The notes under the pieces: generated by a model
What the model saw: only the letters and a program-made list of their open reading frames with translations
Told to the model about the DNA's origin: nothing
Databases searched by the model: none
Assembly (NCBI GenBank): GCA_043817315.1
Contig: JBDRGY010000006.1
Span: forward strand, 18,077-82,076
DNA length: 64,000 nt
Reading direction: 5' to 3'
Source of the DNA: Patescibacteria group bacterium
GTDB taxonomy: Bacteria; Patescibacteriota; Patescibacteriia; JBDRGY01
Made by a program: the position numbers and the translations under genes
Part shown: positions 1 through 7,725 of the stretch, piece after piece
How positions within the stretch are numbered: the stretch's first letter is position 1
Layout of the letters: each line of letters opens with the position of its first letter

Positions 1-746
1 AAAGAACTCCAGGCTTTACTGGTGCTGATTTGGCCAATTTATTAAACGAATCAGCTATTTTAGCGGCTCGTCGCAATAAAAAATATATAGGTATGGAAGA
101 TTGCTTGGAGAGCATCGAAAAAGTGCTGTTGGGCCCTGAAAGAAAATCTAGACTGTTATCCAAAAAAGAGAAGCTAATTACCGCCTACCACGAAGCAGGG
201 CACGCTTTGGTCGCCCACATACTTCCCCATATTGACCCTGTTAGAAAAGTTTCCGTAATCTCCCGCGGTCAAGCGGCTGGCTATACCTTAAAACTACCCA
301 AAGAAGATAAAAGGCTTAGTACCAAAACAGAGTTTTTGGAAGAGTTGTCTGTGTTGCTGGCCGGGCACGCCGCTGAAAAGGAAATCTTTAATGAAATCAC
401 CACTGGCGCCACTTATGATCTGAGGCAGGCTACCAAACTAGCCCGCAAGCTAGTGACTGACTTTGGGATGAGTGACAAGCTGGGCCCGAGGACCTTTGGC
501 GAAAGAGAGGAGTTGATATTTCTAGGGCGGGAAATTCACGAGGAAAGAGACTACTCAGATAAAGTAGCTCAACAAATTGACAGTGAGATTAGTATGTTCA
601 TCGATAACGCCTATAGCAAAGCACGCTCCGTAATTACCAAGGCCAAGCCGATGCTCAAGAAAATTGCAGATACCTTGGTCAAGCAAGAAACCTTAGAGCA
701 GGAAGAATTTGTAGCCCTCTTTAAAAAGTCATCCGCTAAAGCCTAA
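1..746 (+). CDS. ftsH: ATP-dependent zinc metalloprotease FtsH, C-terminal part (5' end lies outside the window)
   Basis: Zn-binding HEAGHAL motif and conserved FtsH protease-domain sequence (VSVISRGQAAGYT...). The frame is open to the window edge. Confidence 0.85.
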   Translation, partial: RTPGFTGADLANLLNESAILAARRNKKYIGMEDCLESIEKVLLGPERKSRLLSKKEKLITAYHEAGHALVAHILPHIDPVRKVSVISRGQAAGYTLKLPKEDKRLSTKTEFLEELSVLLAGHAAEKEIFNEITTGATYDLRQATKLARKLVTDFGMSDKLGPRTFGEREELIFLGREIHEERDYSDKVAQQIDSEISMFIDNAYSKARSVITKAKPMLKKIADTLVKQETLEQEEFVALFKKSSAKA

Positions 747-775
747 TTTTATTAGATAATTAACTTGGAGGAAAT

Positions 776-1762
776 ATGACAGTCTATCGACCCATAATTA
801 AGAAGGCCTGGGAGATTACTCGAAAGTACAAATTTCTCTGGTTCTTCGGCTTGTTTGCCGCCTTGTTGGGGAATGGAGGGGAAATTGAGATTATTTATGA
901 AAACTTCCAGCGACTCTCCAATCAGCCCGAAACCATGTCAGCTCTCAAAGATCTGTATGTGGCTGGTCGTTTTGAAGAGATTATCAGCCAGGCCACCCAG
1001 TATTTTTCAACCAACACGCCAGTGGCCATCGCCTATGCAATTTTGGTGGTTCTGTTATTTATCCTAATCCTTTGGCTGATCGTTATTTCCCAATCTGCAC
1101 TTATAAACAAGGTGTATAAAATCAATAAGGGTCAGGAATCCAAATTTGATGACGGGATGCGGGTCGGTAAAAAATTCTTCTGGCCGGTTCTTTCGGTCAA
1201 CATAATTTCCCGGGCAGTTATTTACGGCCTCTTCTTGGCAATCTGTGGCCCCCTGCTCTATCTTTATTTTCAAAATGCTGAAACTGGCTACGTAATTGCC
1301 TATATGCTGATCTCCTTTATCATCTTTGTCCCTCTAGGAATTATTATTGCCTTCATCACCAAATACGCTACAGCCTATGTGGTTATCAAGGAAATGTCAG
1401 TCTGGTCATCCATCAAAAAGGGTTGGGTTCTGTTTGTCAGAAATTGGCTCATCAGCATCGAAATGGCAATAATCCTTCTGGCCATTAACGTAATTGTAGG
1501 TCTTGGTTTTCTGGTTCTGGTCAGCCTGCTGGCCCTTCCATTTCTGTTGCTCAGTTTCATCTTTGGGGCAGCAGCCGGAACAATTGGCTCATATTTAATC
1601 ATCGTCCCGGCAGCTATTCTTTTCTTCGCTGTATTGTTTATTGTTGGGGCCGCTTTTTCCACTTTCCAATTCTCCTCATGGACTCAGTTGTTTTTACGGC
1701 TAAACGAAGGTAAAGTAATCAGTAAAATAGCCAGGTTGTTTTCTTCATCCGGGGGCAAGTAG
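776..1762 (+). CDS. polytopic membrane protein, function unknown
   Basis: 328-aa ORF with about eight hydrophobic helices. GGAGG SD 7 nt upstream (771-775 region). The internal overlapping ORFs are spurious. Confidence 0.5.
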   Translation: MTVYRPIIKKAWEITRKYKFLWFFGLFAALLGNGGEIEIIYENFQRLSNQPETMSALKDLYVAGRFEEIISQATQYFSTNTPVAIAYAILVVLLFILILWLIVISQSALINKVYKINKGQESKFDDGMRVGKKFFWPVLSVNIISRAVIYGLFLAICGPLLYLYFQNAETGYVIAYMLISFIIFVPLGIIIAFITKYATAYVVIKEMSVWSSIKKGWVLFVRNWLISIEMAIILLAINVIVGLGFLVLVSLLALPFLLLSFIFGAAAGTIGSYLIIVPAAILFFAVLFIVGAAFSTFQFSSWTQLFLRLNEGKVISKIARLFSSSGGK

Positions 1763-1774
1763 CACTATTCTTTA

Positions 1775-1803
1775 TTGACATAAATCTCCCAATATTTTAA
1801 AGT
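1775..1803 (+). promoter_or_regulatory. sigma70-like promoter for the tRNA pair (TTGACA-17-TAAAGT)
   Basis: TTGACA at 1775-1780, 17-nt spacer, TAAAGT at 1798-1803, about 60 nt upstream of the first tRNA. Confidence 0.35.
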
Positions 1804-1864
1804 AATACGCACACCTTTTGGCCGCGCCCCTAGTTTTTGGCCAAAAAAGTGGCGTCTAATGCCA

Positions 1865-1941
1865 GGGCATATAGCTCAGTCGGTTAGAGCACCACGCTTA
1901 TAACGTGGGGGTCGATGGTTCAAGTCCATCTATGCCCACCA
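1865..1941 (+). tRNA. tRNA-Ile, anticodon UAU (reads AUA), CCA encoded
   Basis: Cloverleaf hand-folded: acceptor GGGCATA/TATGCCC, D GCTC/GAGC, anticodon stem CCACG/CGTGG with loop CTTATAA, T GATGG-TTCAAGT-CCATC, discriminator A, CCA. Confidence 0.7.
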
Positions 1942-1950
1942 CTATCACAA

Positions 1951-2027
1951 GGGAGCGTAGCTCAGTTGGTTAGAGCGCTTGCTCGACACGCAAGAGGTCA
2001 GAGGTTCAAATCCCCTCGCTCCCACCA
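1951..2027 (+). tRNA. tRNA-Val, anticodon GAC (loop TCGACAC has C at position 33), CCA encoded
   Basis: Acceptor GGGAGCG/CGCTCCC, D GCTC/GAGC, anticodon stem CTTGC/GCAAG, T arm AGAGG-TTCAAAT-CCCCT (one A-C mismatch), discriminator A, CCA. Confidence 0.65.
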
Positions 2028-2059
2028 CCAAAAACCTCGTTGAGGATTTTTTTAATCAT

Positions 2060-2746
2060 ATGGGTGACTCTATTAAAATCATAAAAAACTGCGATGATTA
2101 TTTGGTAATTGTTAAGCCCTCCGGTTTAATCGTCCACCCTAACGCTCACCAGAAAACCAGCACCCTTGTTGATTGGCTTATCGAGAAATATCCTATTATC
2201 AAAGGTGTCGGAGAAAATGAAATGCGTCCCGGGATCGTTCACCGTCTAGACCAAGACGTATCCGGACTAATGGTGGTAGCTAAGAATAGCAAGAGCTTCT
2301 ATCATCTGAAAAAACAATTTCAAGATCGTTTGGTAAAAAAAGAATATTATGGGTTAGTGTTCGGGAAACCGGATCCAGATCAAGGCGAAATTACTCTATC
2401 AGTGGGCCGCTCTAAAACTGAACCCGGCAAATTTAAAATCAAGCATGACCAGACCGGCAAACCTTGTCTAACTCAGTATCAGGTGACCAAGAAATTCAAG
2501 AAGTTCGCCCTGCTGGACATCATTCTGAAAACCGGGCGCACTCATCAAATCCGAGTTCACCTAAAAGGCATTGGCCACTCTCTGGTCGGCGATAAGCTCT
2601 ATAAATCAAAAGGGGGGAAGACCAGTTTAGACAGGATTTTCTTACACGCCTACTCCCTGGGTTTTAACGACCTAAATGGTCAGTGGCAACAGTTTAAAAT
2701 TGATTTACCTCCTGATTTGAAAAGCTATTTGGCGAAATTGGAATAA
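2060..2746 (+). CDS. RluA-family RNA pseudouridine synthase
   Basis: Motifs LVIVKPSGLIVHP, RPGIVHRLDQDVSGLMVVAKN, HQIRVHL. Start moved to the first ATG after the tRNA; the ORF-track start at 1979 overlaps tRNA-Val. Confidence 0.8.
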   Translation: MGDSIKIIKNCDDYLVIVKPSGLIVHPNAHQKTSTLVDWLIEKYPIIKGVGENEMRPGIVHRLDQDVSGLMVVAKNSKSFYHLKKQFQDRLVKKEYYGLVFGKPDPDQGEITLSVGRSKTEPGKFKIKHDQTGKPCLTQYQVTKKFKKFALLDIILKTGRTHQIRVHLKGIGHSLVGDKLYKSKGGKTSLDRIFLHAYSLGFNDLNGQWQQFKIDLPPDLKSYLAKLE

Positions 2747-2799
2747 TTCCCACTATTTGCTAAAATATAACTAACCTAATCAGACTAAAAACGCATTAC

Positions 2800-3111
2800 A
2801 TGGAAAAAGAAGAAATTCAAAATCTAAAAACAGGACAAACCGTTCGAGTTCACCAAAAAATCAAAGAGGGTGATAAAGAAAGAACCCAGATCTTTGAAGG
2901 GATGATTCTGAAGAAGAAGGGCGGTAATCAAAAAAACGCCACCATCATGGTTAGAAAAATCTCTGAAGGAATCGGAGTAGAAAAGATTTTTCCTCTTTAT
3001 TCTCCCACTATTCCCAAGATAGAGGTAATTAAGCAGGCCAACACACGCAAAAGTAAATTATATTATTTGAGGACTTACAAGAAGAAATTAAAGGAGAAGG
3101 TAATCAAATAG
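2800..3111 (+). CDS. rplS: 50S ribosomal protein L19
   Basis: GQTVRVHQKIKEGDKERTQIFEGMIL...KISEGIGVEKIFPLYSP...KLYYLR matches the L19 family throughout. Confidence 0.9.
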   Translation: MEKEEIQNLKTGQTVRVHQKIKEGDKERTQIFEGMILKKKGGNQKNATIMVRKISEGIGVEKIFPLYSPTIPKIEVIKQANTRKSKLYYLRTYKKKLKEKVIK

Positions 3112-3182
3112 TTGGCGGGGCGGGGCGGAATATTTTGATATCTGCCTACTAACTTGGCAAAAGTTGATGTAGCTCCTAATAA

Positions 3183-3266
3183 GCCCAGGTGGTGGAACTG
3201 GTATACACACAAGCTTGAGGAGCTTGGCTCGACATGAGCGTGCGGGTTCAAATCCCGCCCTGGGCA
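3183..3266 (+). tRNA. tRNA-Leu, anticodon GAG, long variable arm, no encoded CCA
   Basis: Acceptor GCCCAGG/CCTGGGC, 3-bp D stem with long D loop, anticodon stem CAAGC/GCTTG with loop TTGAGGA, variable arm GCTC-GACAT-GAGC, T GCGGG-TTCAAAT-CCCGC, discriminator A followed by TGA. Confidence 0.7.
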
Positions 3267-3293
3267 TGAGGGTTTCTACCCCTCCGTCCGCAT

Positions 3294-3371
3294 GGGCGAT
3301 TAGCTCAGTTGGTTTAGAGCGCTTCGTTTACACCGAAGAGGTCGGGGGTTCGATTCCCTCATCGCCCACCA
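3294..3371 (+). tRNA. tRNA-Val, anticodon UAC, CCA encoded
   Basis: Acceptor GGGCGAT/ATCGCCC, anticodon stem CTTCG/CGAAG with loop TTTACAC, T GGGGG-TTCGATT-CCCTC. Confidence 0.85.
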
Positions 3372-3399
3372 CGACAAATAATTATTTTCATCAGAAACA

Positions 3400-3639
3400 A
3401 TGAACTACCTGTACGGTATTATTAGTATCATGATCGGAGTCATCTTGGTCTTGGGTACGGAAAACATCATGCGTATGTTCGGTCGAGTTGAGTGGGCAGA
3501 AACCCATATGAGCACTTGGGGTGGCTCCAGGATGTTTACTAAATTTCTTGGAGTTGGACTAATCTTTTTGGGTTTTATCTTTATGGGTGGTTGGTTCGGT
3601 CCCCTATTACGGGCATTATTCACTCCCACCGGTCAATAA
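3400..3639 (+). CDS. small two-helix membrane protein, hypothetical
   Basis: 79-aa ORF with two hydrophobic segments between tRNA genes. No recognisable family. Confidence 0.4.
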   Translation: MNYLYGIISIMIGVILVLGTENIMRMFGRVEWAETHMSTWGGSRMFTKFLGVGLIFLGFIFMGGWFGPLLRALFTPTGQ

Positions 3640-3643
3640 TCGA

Positions 3644-3719
3644 GGGCCCTTAGCTCATCTGGTAGAGCGCCGCCTTTGCATGGCGGAGGTGACCGGTTCG
3701 ATCCCGGTAGGGTCCACCA
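3644..3719 (+). tRNA. tRNA-Ala, anticodon UGC, CCA encoded
   Basis: Acceptor GGGCCCT/AGGGTCC with the G3:U70 Ala identity pair, anticodon stem CCGCC/GGCGG with loop TTTGCAT, T ACCGG-TTCGATC-CCGGT. Confidence 0.9.
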
Positions 3720-3737
3720 GATTTAATCTATAAAAAA

Positions 3738-3762
3738 TCTCGAGAAGTGTTCTCGAGTTTTT
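3738..3762 (+). terminator. intrinsic terminator after the tRNA cluster
   Basis: Perfect 8-bp hairpin CTCGAGAA-GTG-TTCTCGAG followed by TTTTT. Confidence 0.6.
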
Positions 3763-3829
3763 AGTTTCTTGGGTGAAATTATGCTAGCTAATCTAGACTA
3801 AAGTCGTTGAAAAACAATCTTTTCATATT

Positions 3830-5665
3830 TTAATCTACTCTGGTGACTAAGCCGAAATTACCCCCAGTGACTTCCATGTCATTTCTTAGCCAATCCAGCT
3901 CGAAGAGTTGATGATAAAAGCCGGGCTGTCTATTGAAGTAATAAAATTCAAAAGTGCCGATCTCGCCGTGTCTGACCACTTTCTCTTTTAATCGTATCTG
4001 GCCAATTGTACTGTTCCAGCTGCTGTCATAAAACAAGCTGGGCTTATAATTAAGATCGTAGATGTTTAATCTCATATTTTGATCCCAAATAGCCAGTCCG
4101 GTGTTTTTAAACTTAACCACGGCTTTGGGTCTCCAGGCGGATTGAATGGCTTGAGGGATATTGTGTTCTACTAGCTCTGCTTTAAAATGAGAATCCACTC
4201 TGGTCACTAAATCAAATTCGCCGTTAATCGCCTCTTGGTCCTCACAAAACAGCTTGAATATCTGTTTATAATTTCCAGGAGAATTGGGAGATTTTAGGTA
4301 AAAGGTAAAGGTGCCGGTTTGGCCGCTTTTTACCGCTTCTTCATTTAACACTATCTGGCCGTAGGGCGACGCCCAGGAACCGTCTTGATAAACTGAAGGG
4401 GCCAAGCCCAAGTCATAGATGTTTAAATGAGTATTGTTTTTAGTCCAAGTAACCACGCCTCGGTTCTGGAAACTAAAAGTAGTTTTAAGGCGAGCCCCGG
4501 TAAAAGTTGCCGACAGAACATCGTTGTCAATTAAATTACCGGCATAGTCAAAGCCAATCACATTTACCTTGATATTAAATCGGGTATCTGGGATTTCTTT
4601 ACCATCGTACATTAGATAGAATTCATCAGTAATCTCTAGTTGGTCAGCTGGTGCCTCGATAGTAAAAGAAATCTTGCCAATTTCTTGGGGAGCTACATTG
4701 GCAGTCAGTAAATCTATATGATTACCATCAGCGCTGGTCAATTGTAACAGGCTGTTACTGCCATAATCAGCTGAGGCCAGATACACTGTGTCTTCGAAAT
4801 AACGCCGCCAGGTGAAGTTGCCGGTGTTTTTATACTTAGCCCAGATAGTAGCAGTTTCTCCTGGCTCTAGGGTAATTTCCTTAGCACTCTGCTCGGTTAA
4901 TTCGGCCTTGGCTACCGGTATAAAGGATGCTCCGGTATCTTTAAGGCTTTGATACAGGGACAGGGCCGAAGATCTAATGCTGCTCAGCTTGATTTCTACA
5001 TTGCTACCAGGGCAAAGGGTGCAGTCCACGTCTTGGTGGCCAACTACGTTAGGCATATTGGCGATATCCCGCCAAGTTAGTTTGGCATTAGGATTAATCC
5101 CCAGGCTAGCTCCTTTGTGAGCGATTAATTTTACCAAGGCGTTAATCGCTTTCTGGCTAGGCTGGCTCTCTTCGTAATTCCCTAGAAGCGAAATACCGAT
5201 AGTGCCCTCATTAAAATCAATTCCTTCTTTGGATCCGCCGAAGCGCACTACGTTACAACCAGAATCTCTAAAGGCGTGAGCTCCGACCACTCCGTCTCCT
5301 CCCTTTCTTCCTTCATAAATATTTCCCTGGGAATCGATCAAATAGTTATAACCAATATCACCCCAGCCTAATATTTGAGCGTGGTAGTAATAAATAGCTC
5401 TGACTGTAGCTTCCGGGTTGTCACCACCGTTGGAGCCGGCTGTATGATGGATCACAAATTTTTGTGGTCTTTGATACTGCAAGGGCCAGATAGTATCCTT
5501 GTCCGAATCCAAAAGATAATCAGCATCAGCTTCCCATTGCTCTCTGGTAATTATAGTTAACGGGCTAGCTGCTGCTTCGGTTTTTTGAGGACAAAATAAA
5601 ACCGCTAATAAAATAGCGGCAAATATAACCAAAAATGGCTTGAATTGACTAAGGACTTTTTTCAT
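3830..5665 (-). CDS. secreted N-acetylmuramoyl-L-alanine amidase (Amidase_2/PGRP-type domain) with C-terminal tandem ~100-aa repeat domains
   Basis: N-terminal signal peptide. Amidase_2-like block IHHTAGSNGG...GWGDIGYNYLIDSQGNIYEGR. Two full and one partial repeat of a ~100-aa domain (…GQIVLNEEAVKSGQTGTFTFYLKSP…DLVTRVD). Confidence 0.75.
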   Translation of the reverse strand: MKKVLSQFKPFLVIFAAILLAVLFCPQKTEAAASPLTIITREQWEADADYLLDSDKDTIWPLQYQRPQKFVIHHTAGSNGGDNPEATVRAIYYYHAQILGWGDIGYNYLIDSQGNIYEGRKGGDGVVGAHAFRDSGCNVVRFGGSKEGIDFNEGTIGISLLGNYEESQPSQKAINALVKLIAHKGASLGINPNAKLTWRDIANMPNVVGHQDVDCTLCPGSNVEIKLSSIRSSALSLYQSLKDTGASFIPVAKAELTEQSAKEITLEPGETATIWAKYKNTGNFTWRRYFEDTVYLASADYGSNSLLQLTSADGNHIDLLTANVAPQEIGKISFTIEAPADQLEITDEFYLMYDGKEIPDTRFNIKVNVIGFDYAGNLIDNDVLSATFTGARLKTTFSFQNRGVVTWTKNNTHLNIYDLGLAPSVYQDGSWASPYGQIVLNEEAVKSGQTGTFTFYLKSPNSPGNYKQIFKLFCEDQEAINGEFDLVTRVDSHFKAELVEHNIPQAIQSAWRPKAVVKFKNTGLAIWDQNMRLNIYDLNYKPSLFYDSSWNSTIGQIRLKEKVVRHGEIGTFEFYYFNRQPGFYHQLFELDWLRNDMEVTGGNFGLVTRVD

Positions 5666-5688
5666 TTTTATTTTTATTTTACATCTAC

Positions 5689-5717
5689 ATTATAGCGCAT
5701 TTTGACGGTTTTGTAAA
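5689..5717 (-). promoter_or_regulatory. sigma70-like promoter for the amidase gene (TTTACA-17-TATAAT on minus strand)
   Basis: Reverse complement reads TTTACA (5712-5717), 17-nt spacer, perfect TATAAT (5689-5694), about 25 nt before the ATG at 5665. Confidence 0.45.
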
Positions 5718-5729
5718 GGCCTGTGGTTT

Positions 5730-5759
5730 AAAAAAACCGCACAGAAAGATTCTGTACGG
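5730..5759 (-). terminator. intrinsic terminator of the GC-rich two-gene cassette (minus strand)
   Basis: Minus strand reads CCGTACAGA-ATCTT-TCTGTGCGG followed by TTTTTTT, immediately after the 73-aa ORF stop. Confidence 0.5.
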
Positions 5760-5773
5760 TAAGGGCTGACTAA

Positions 5774-5995
5774 TCAGCTCCTTGATGTCCTTAGTCCCTG
5801 GTCAATGTGGGACAAAGAAAGAGGCATGTCGTCTTCGGGAAACGGTGTCTCTTCAAGGGTAGGCGGTATCGGCTTGCCCAGCAGAGCTGCTTGGCGCTGA
5901 GAGTGCGCCAGAGCTCTAATTCGGGTGTGATCGCTCTTGGTCCCCTCTTTAGCTGTTTGCATTCCTCGATCCATCACTTCATCGATATCAGCCAT
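5774..5995 (-). CDS. hypothetical 73-aa protein, GC-rich cassette gene 2
   Basis: ORF preceded on the minus strand by AAGGAG SD (TAAGGAGTAATACAGATG). Acidic C-terminus. No recognisable family. Confidence 0.5.
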   Translation of the reverse strand: MADIDEVMDRGMQTAKEGTKSDHTRIRALAHSQRQAALLGKPIPPTLEETPFPEDDMPLSLSHIDQGLRTSRS

Positions 5996-6010
5996 CTGTA
6001 TTACTCCTTA

Positions 6011-6406
6011 TCACAGTCCCAGTTCATCAACGGTCTCAGCCACCGGAATCCATCTGGCCTGACCGACCGTTTCGACCGGCTGCGGCTGCTCGGTGCAGTT
6101 GTCCTGCAACAGCTGGTAAAGATCCGGTTCAGTGGTGAAGTAATCGAGTCCACCGGTCCACATCAGATAGCCCAAATAAACTTCCAGGGCCAGTATCTGT
6201 TCTGATCCTGAATACCCCCTGACAAAAAATCGGGGGGCGATAGGTACGTCGACTACGGGATCAAAGGCTGTTCTGGACTGCACTGCCTTGGTCACTTTGG
6301 CCAAAATAGCTGCATCGGTTATTACCATCTTGGGGGTCTGCTGATGCTCATAGGGCAACACTTTCCAGAACTCAATCCGGGTGATGGTCTGCCCATCATA
6401 CTGCAT
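6011..6406 (-). CDS. hypothetical 131-aa protein, GC-rich cassette gene 1
   Basis: Double SD (AGGAGG…GGAGGTCCAAATG). A promoter-like TTGACT-16-TATAAT sits upstream on the minus strand (-10 at ~6438-6443; the -35 falls inside the last codons of the 6466-7725 gene). No recognisable family. Confidence 0.55.
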   Translation of the reverse strand: MQYDGQTITRIEFWKVLPYEHQQTPKMVITDAAILAKVTKAVQSRTAFDPVVDVPIAPRFFVRGYSGSEQILALEVYLGYLMWTGGLDYFTTEPDLYQLLQDNCTEQPQPVETVGQARWIPVAETVDELGL

Positions 6407-6465
6407 TTGGACCTCCTTAGTTTTTGCCTCCTATAATGAACTTCTCTTGATTATATACTAAGTAG

Positions 6466-7725
6466 TTATTTAGTCAAAGATTTCTGATTCCACTGATAAA
6501 CAACTGCCATCATGCCCAATAGCAGCCAGAATAAGATGGCTAAATCATTTTTGAAATAGGGAACGTCGACCAGACCGTGGCCCAATAAACAAACCATAGC
6601 CGTCATCAGAGCAATGGCCCAGTTGAGCTCCACGTTCTTGGTCTTCAACAACCTGCGTGCCTGACGGAAGAACTGAATTATCAGACCGACAAAGACAATC
6701 AGGCCAAAGAGTCCCAATTCTACCCAGAAGTTCAAAACTACGTTGTGAGGATATAGTAAAAACTCGGTGTGTTTAATCAGCCGATACTGTTCATAATAAT
6801 GAGGAAAGCCGGCCAAGCCTGCACCCACCATTGGCCTGGCCTTCAATAGATTATAAGTGCCTTGCCACATTACTTTACGCACATCGCCGGAAACATCTGA
6901 GAAAGTAATCAGCGGCATTACATAATCTCTAGTTTGAGGAATGGCCAAAATTAATATTACCAGCACTAGCCAGGTGGCTAAAACCTTCTTCCAGTTGAAT
7001 AAGAAAAAGCTTAAAAAAACCATTGCCAAACCCAAACCCAGCCAAGCGCCCTGGGAAACCGAAGCCATGAGGGAAAAAATGCCCAAAATAACAATCATAA
7101 AACCCCACCAGAAATTGCGCGGGGTAAAGAATTTAACTCGGGCTGCCAAAGCAATAAATAGGGCGATGATAGGAGCGATTATTAATCCCAGGGCATTAGG
7201 ATAATCGTAGACCGAAACGATTCTACGGCCTTCTTCTGCCTGCCAGGGATCAGGAATGCCAACTCCGCTAAACATTTGGACTACCCCGTAAATTGATAAC
7301 CAAACTACCAAAAGGCCCAGAGCCCAGGCTATCATCTTTAACTGTTTCTTCTCCTTAATAACGTTGACTAAGACAAAAAAGAATAAGGCAGGTTCAATGA
7401 AATAGGCCTTAAGCAACCCTGAAGCTGACCTTAAGTCCGGTGACAAAAAAGTAGCCACAATCGCCGACAACAAGAAAATGACCGCAAGTAGCCAATTGGG
7501 CCAGATTATCTTTTCTTTATTTTTTACAGCCTTAAATAACCAGATCAGGAACAACAGCAGCAGCATTGCTTCCAGCAAAGTAAAGGGAAAGAAGTCATTG
7601 CTGTATCGAATTAAGTAAGTGGGCAGTAACAAAATAGTAATCGCCACAGCCCAATCGGTCCTGCGATAAGCAATAAAAGCATAGCACAGAGAAAAAGCTA
7701 TTAATAAAATTATTTGGCTAGTCAT
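6466..7725 (-). CDS. O-antigen ligase (Wzy_C) family polytopic membrane protein
   Basis: About 11 TM helices. Periplasmic-loop motif MVGAGLAGFPHYYE…YPHNVVLNFWVELGLFG is typical of O-antigen ligase/polymerase proteins. Confidence 0.6.
   Translation of the reverse strand: MTSQIILLIAFSLCYAFIAYRRTDWAVAITILLLPTYLIRYSNDFFPFTLLEAMLLLLFLIWLFKAVKNKEKIIWPNWLLAVIFLLSAIVATFLSPDLRSASGLLKAYFIEPALFFFVLVNVIKEKKQLKMIAWALGLLVVWLSIYGVVQMFSGVGIPDPWQAEEGRRIVSVYDYPNALGLIIAPIIALFIALAARVKFFTPRNFWWGFMIVILGIFSLMASVSQGAWLGLGLAMVFLSFFLFNWKKVLATWLVLVILILAIPQTRDYVMPLITFSDVSGDVRKVMWQGTYNLLKARPMVGAGLAGFPHYYEQYRLIKHTEFLLYPHNVVLNFWVELGLFGLIVFVGLIIQFFRQARRLLKTKNVELNWAIALMTAMVCLLGHGLVDVPYFKNDLAILFWLLLGMMAVVYQWNQKSLTK

Noticed and set aside
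855-1662. Three small ORFs (855-1067 +, 1064-1273 -, 1375-1662 -) inside the 776-1762 membrane-protein gene
   Set aside because: Alternative-frame or antisense ORFs nested in a longer ORF with a coherent TM profile. They have no SD.
3215-3403. 62-aa ORF spanning tRNA-Leu and tRNA-Val; also the 1979-2059 N-terminal extension of the RluA ORF over tRNA-Val(GAC)
   Set aside because: Both run straight through well-folded tRNA genes. They are artefacts of open frames in GC-rich tRNA sequence.
5807-6205. 132-aa plus-strand ORF antisense to the GC-rich cassette genes
   Set aside because: It has no SD or promoter, whereas the minus-strand pair has a consensus promoter, strong SDs and a terminator. 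GC-rich DNA readily yields antisense ORFs. Not fully excluded.
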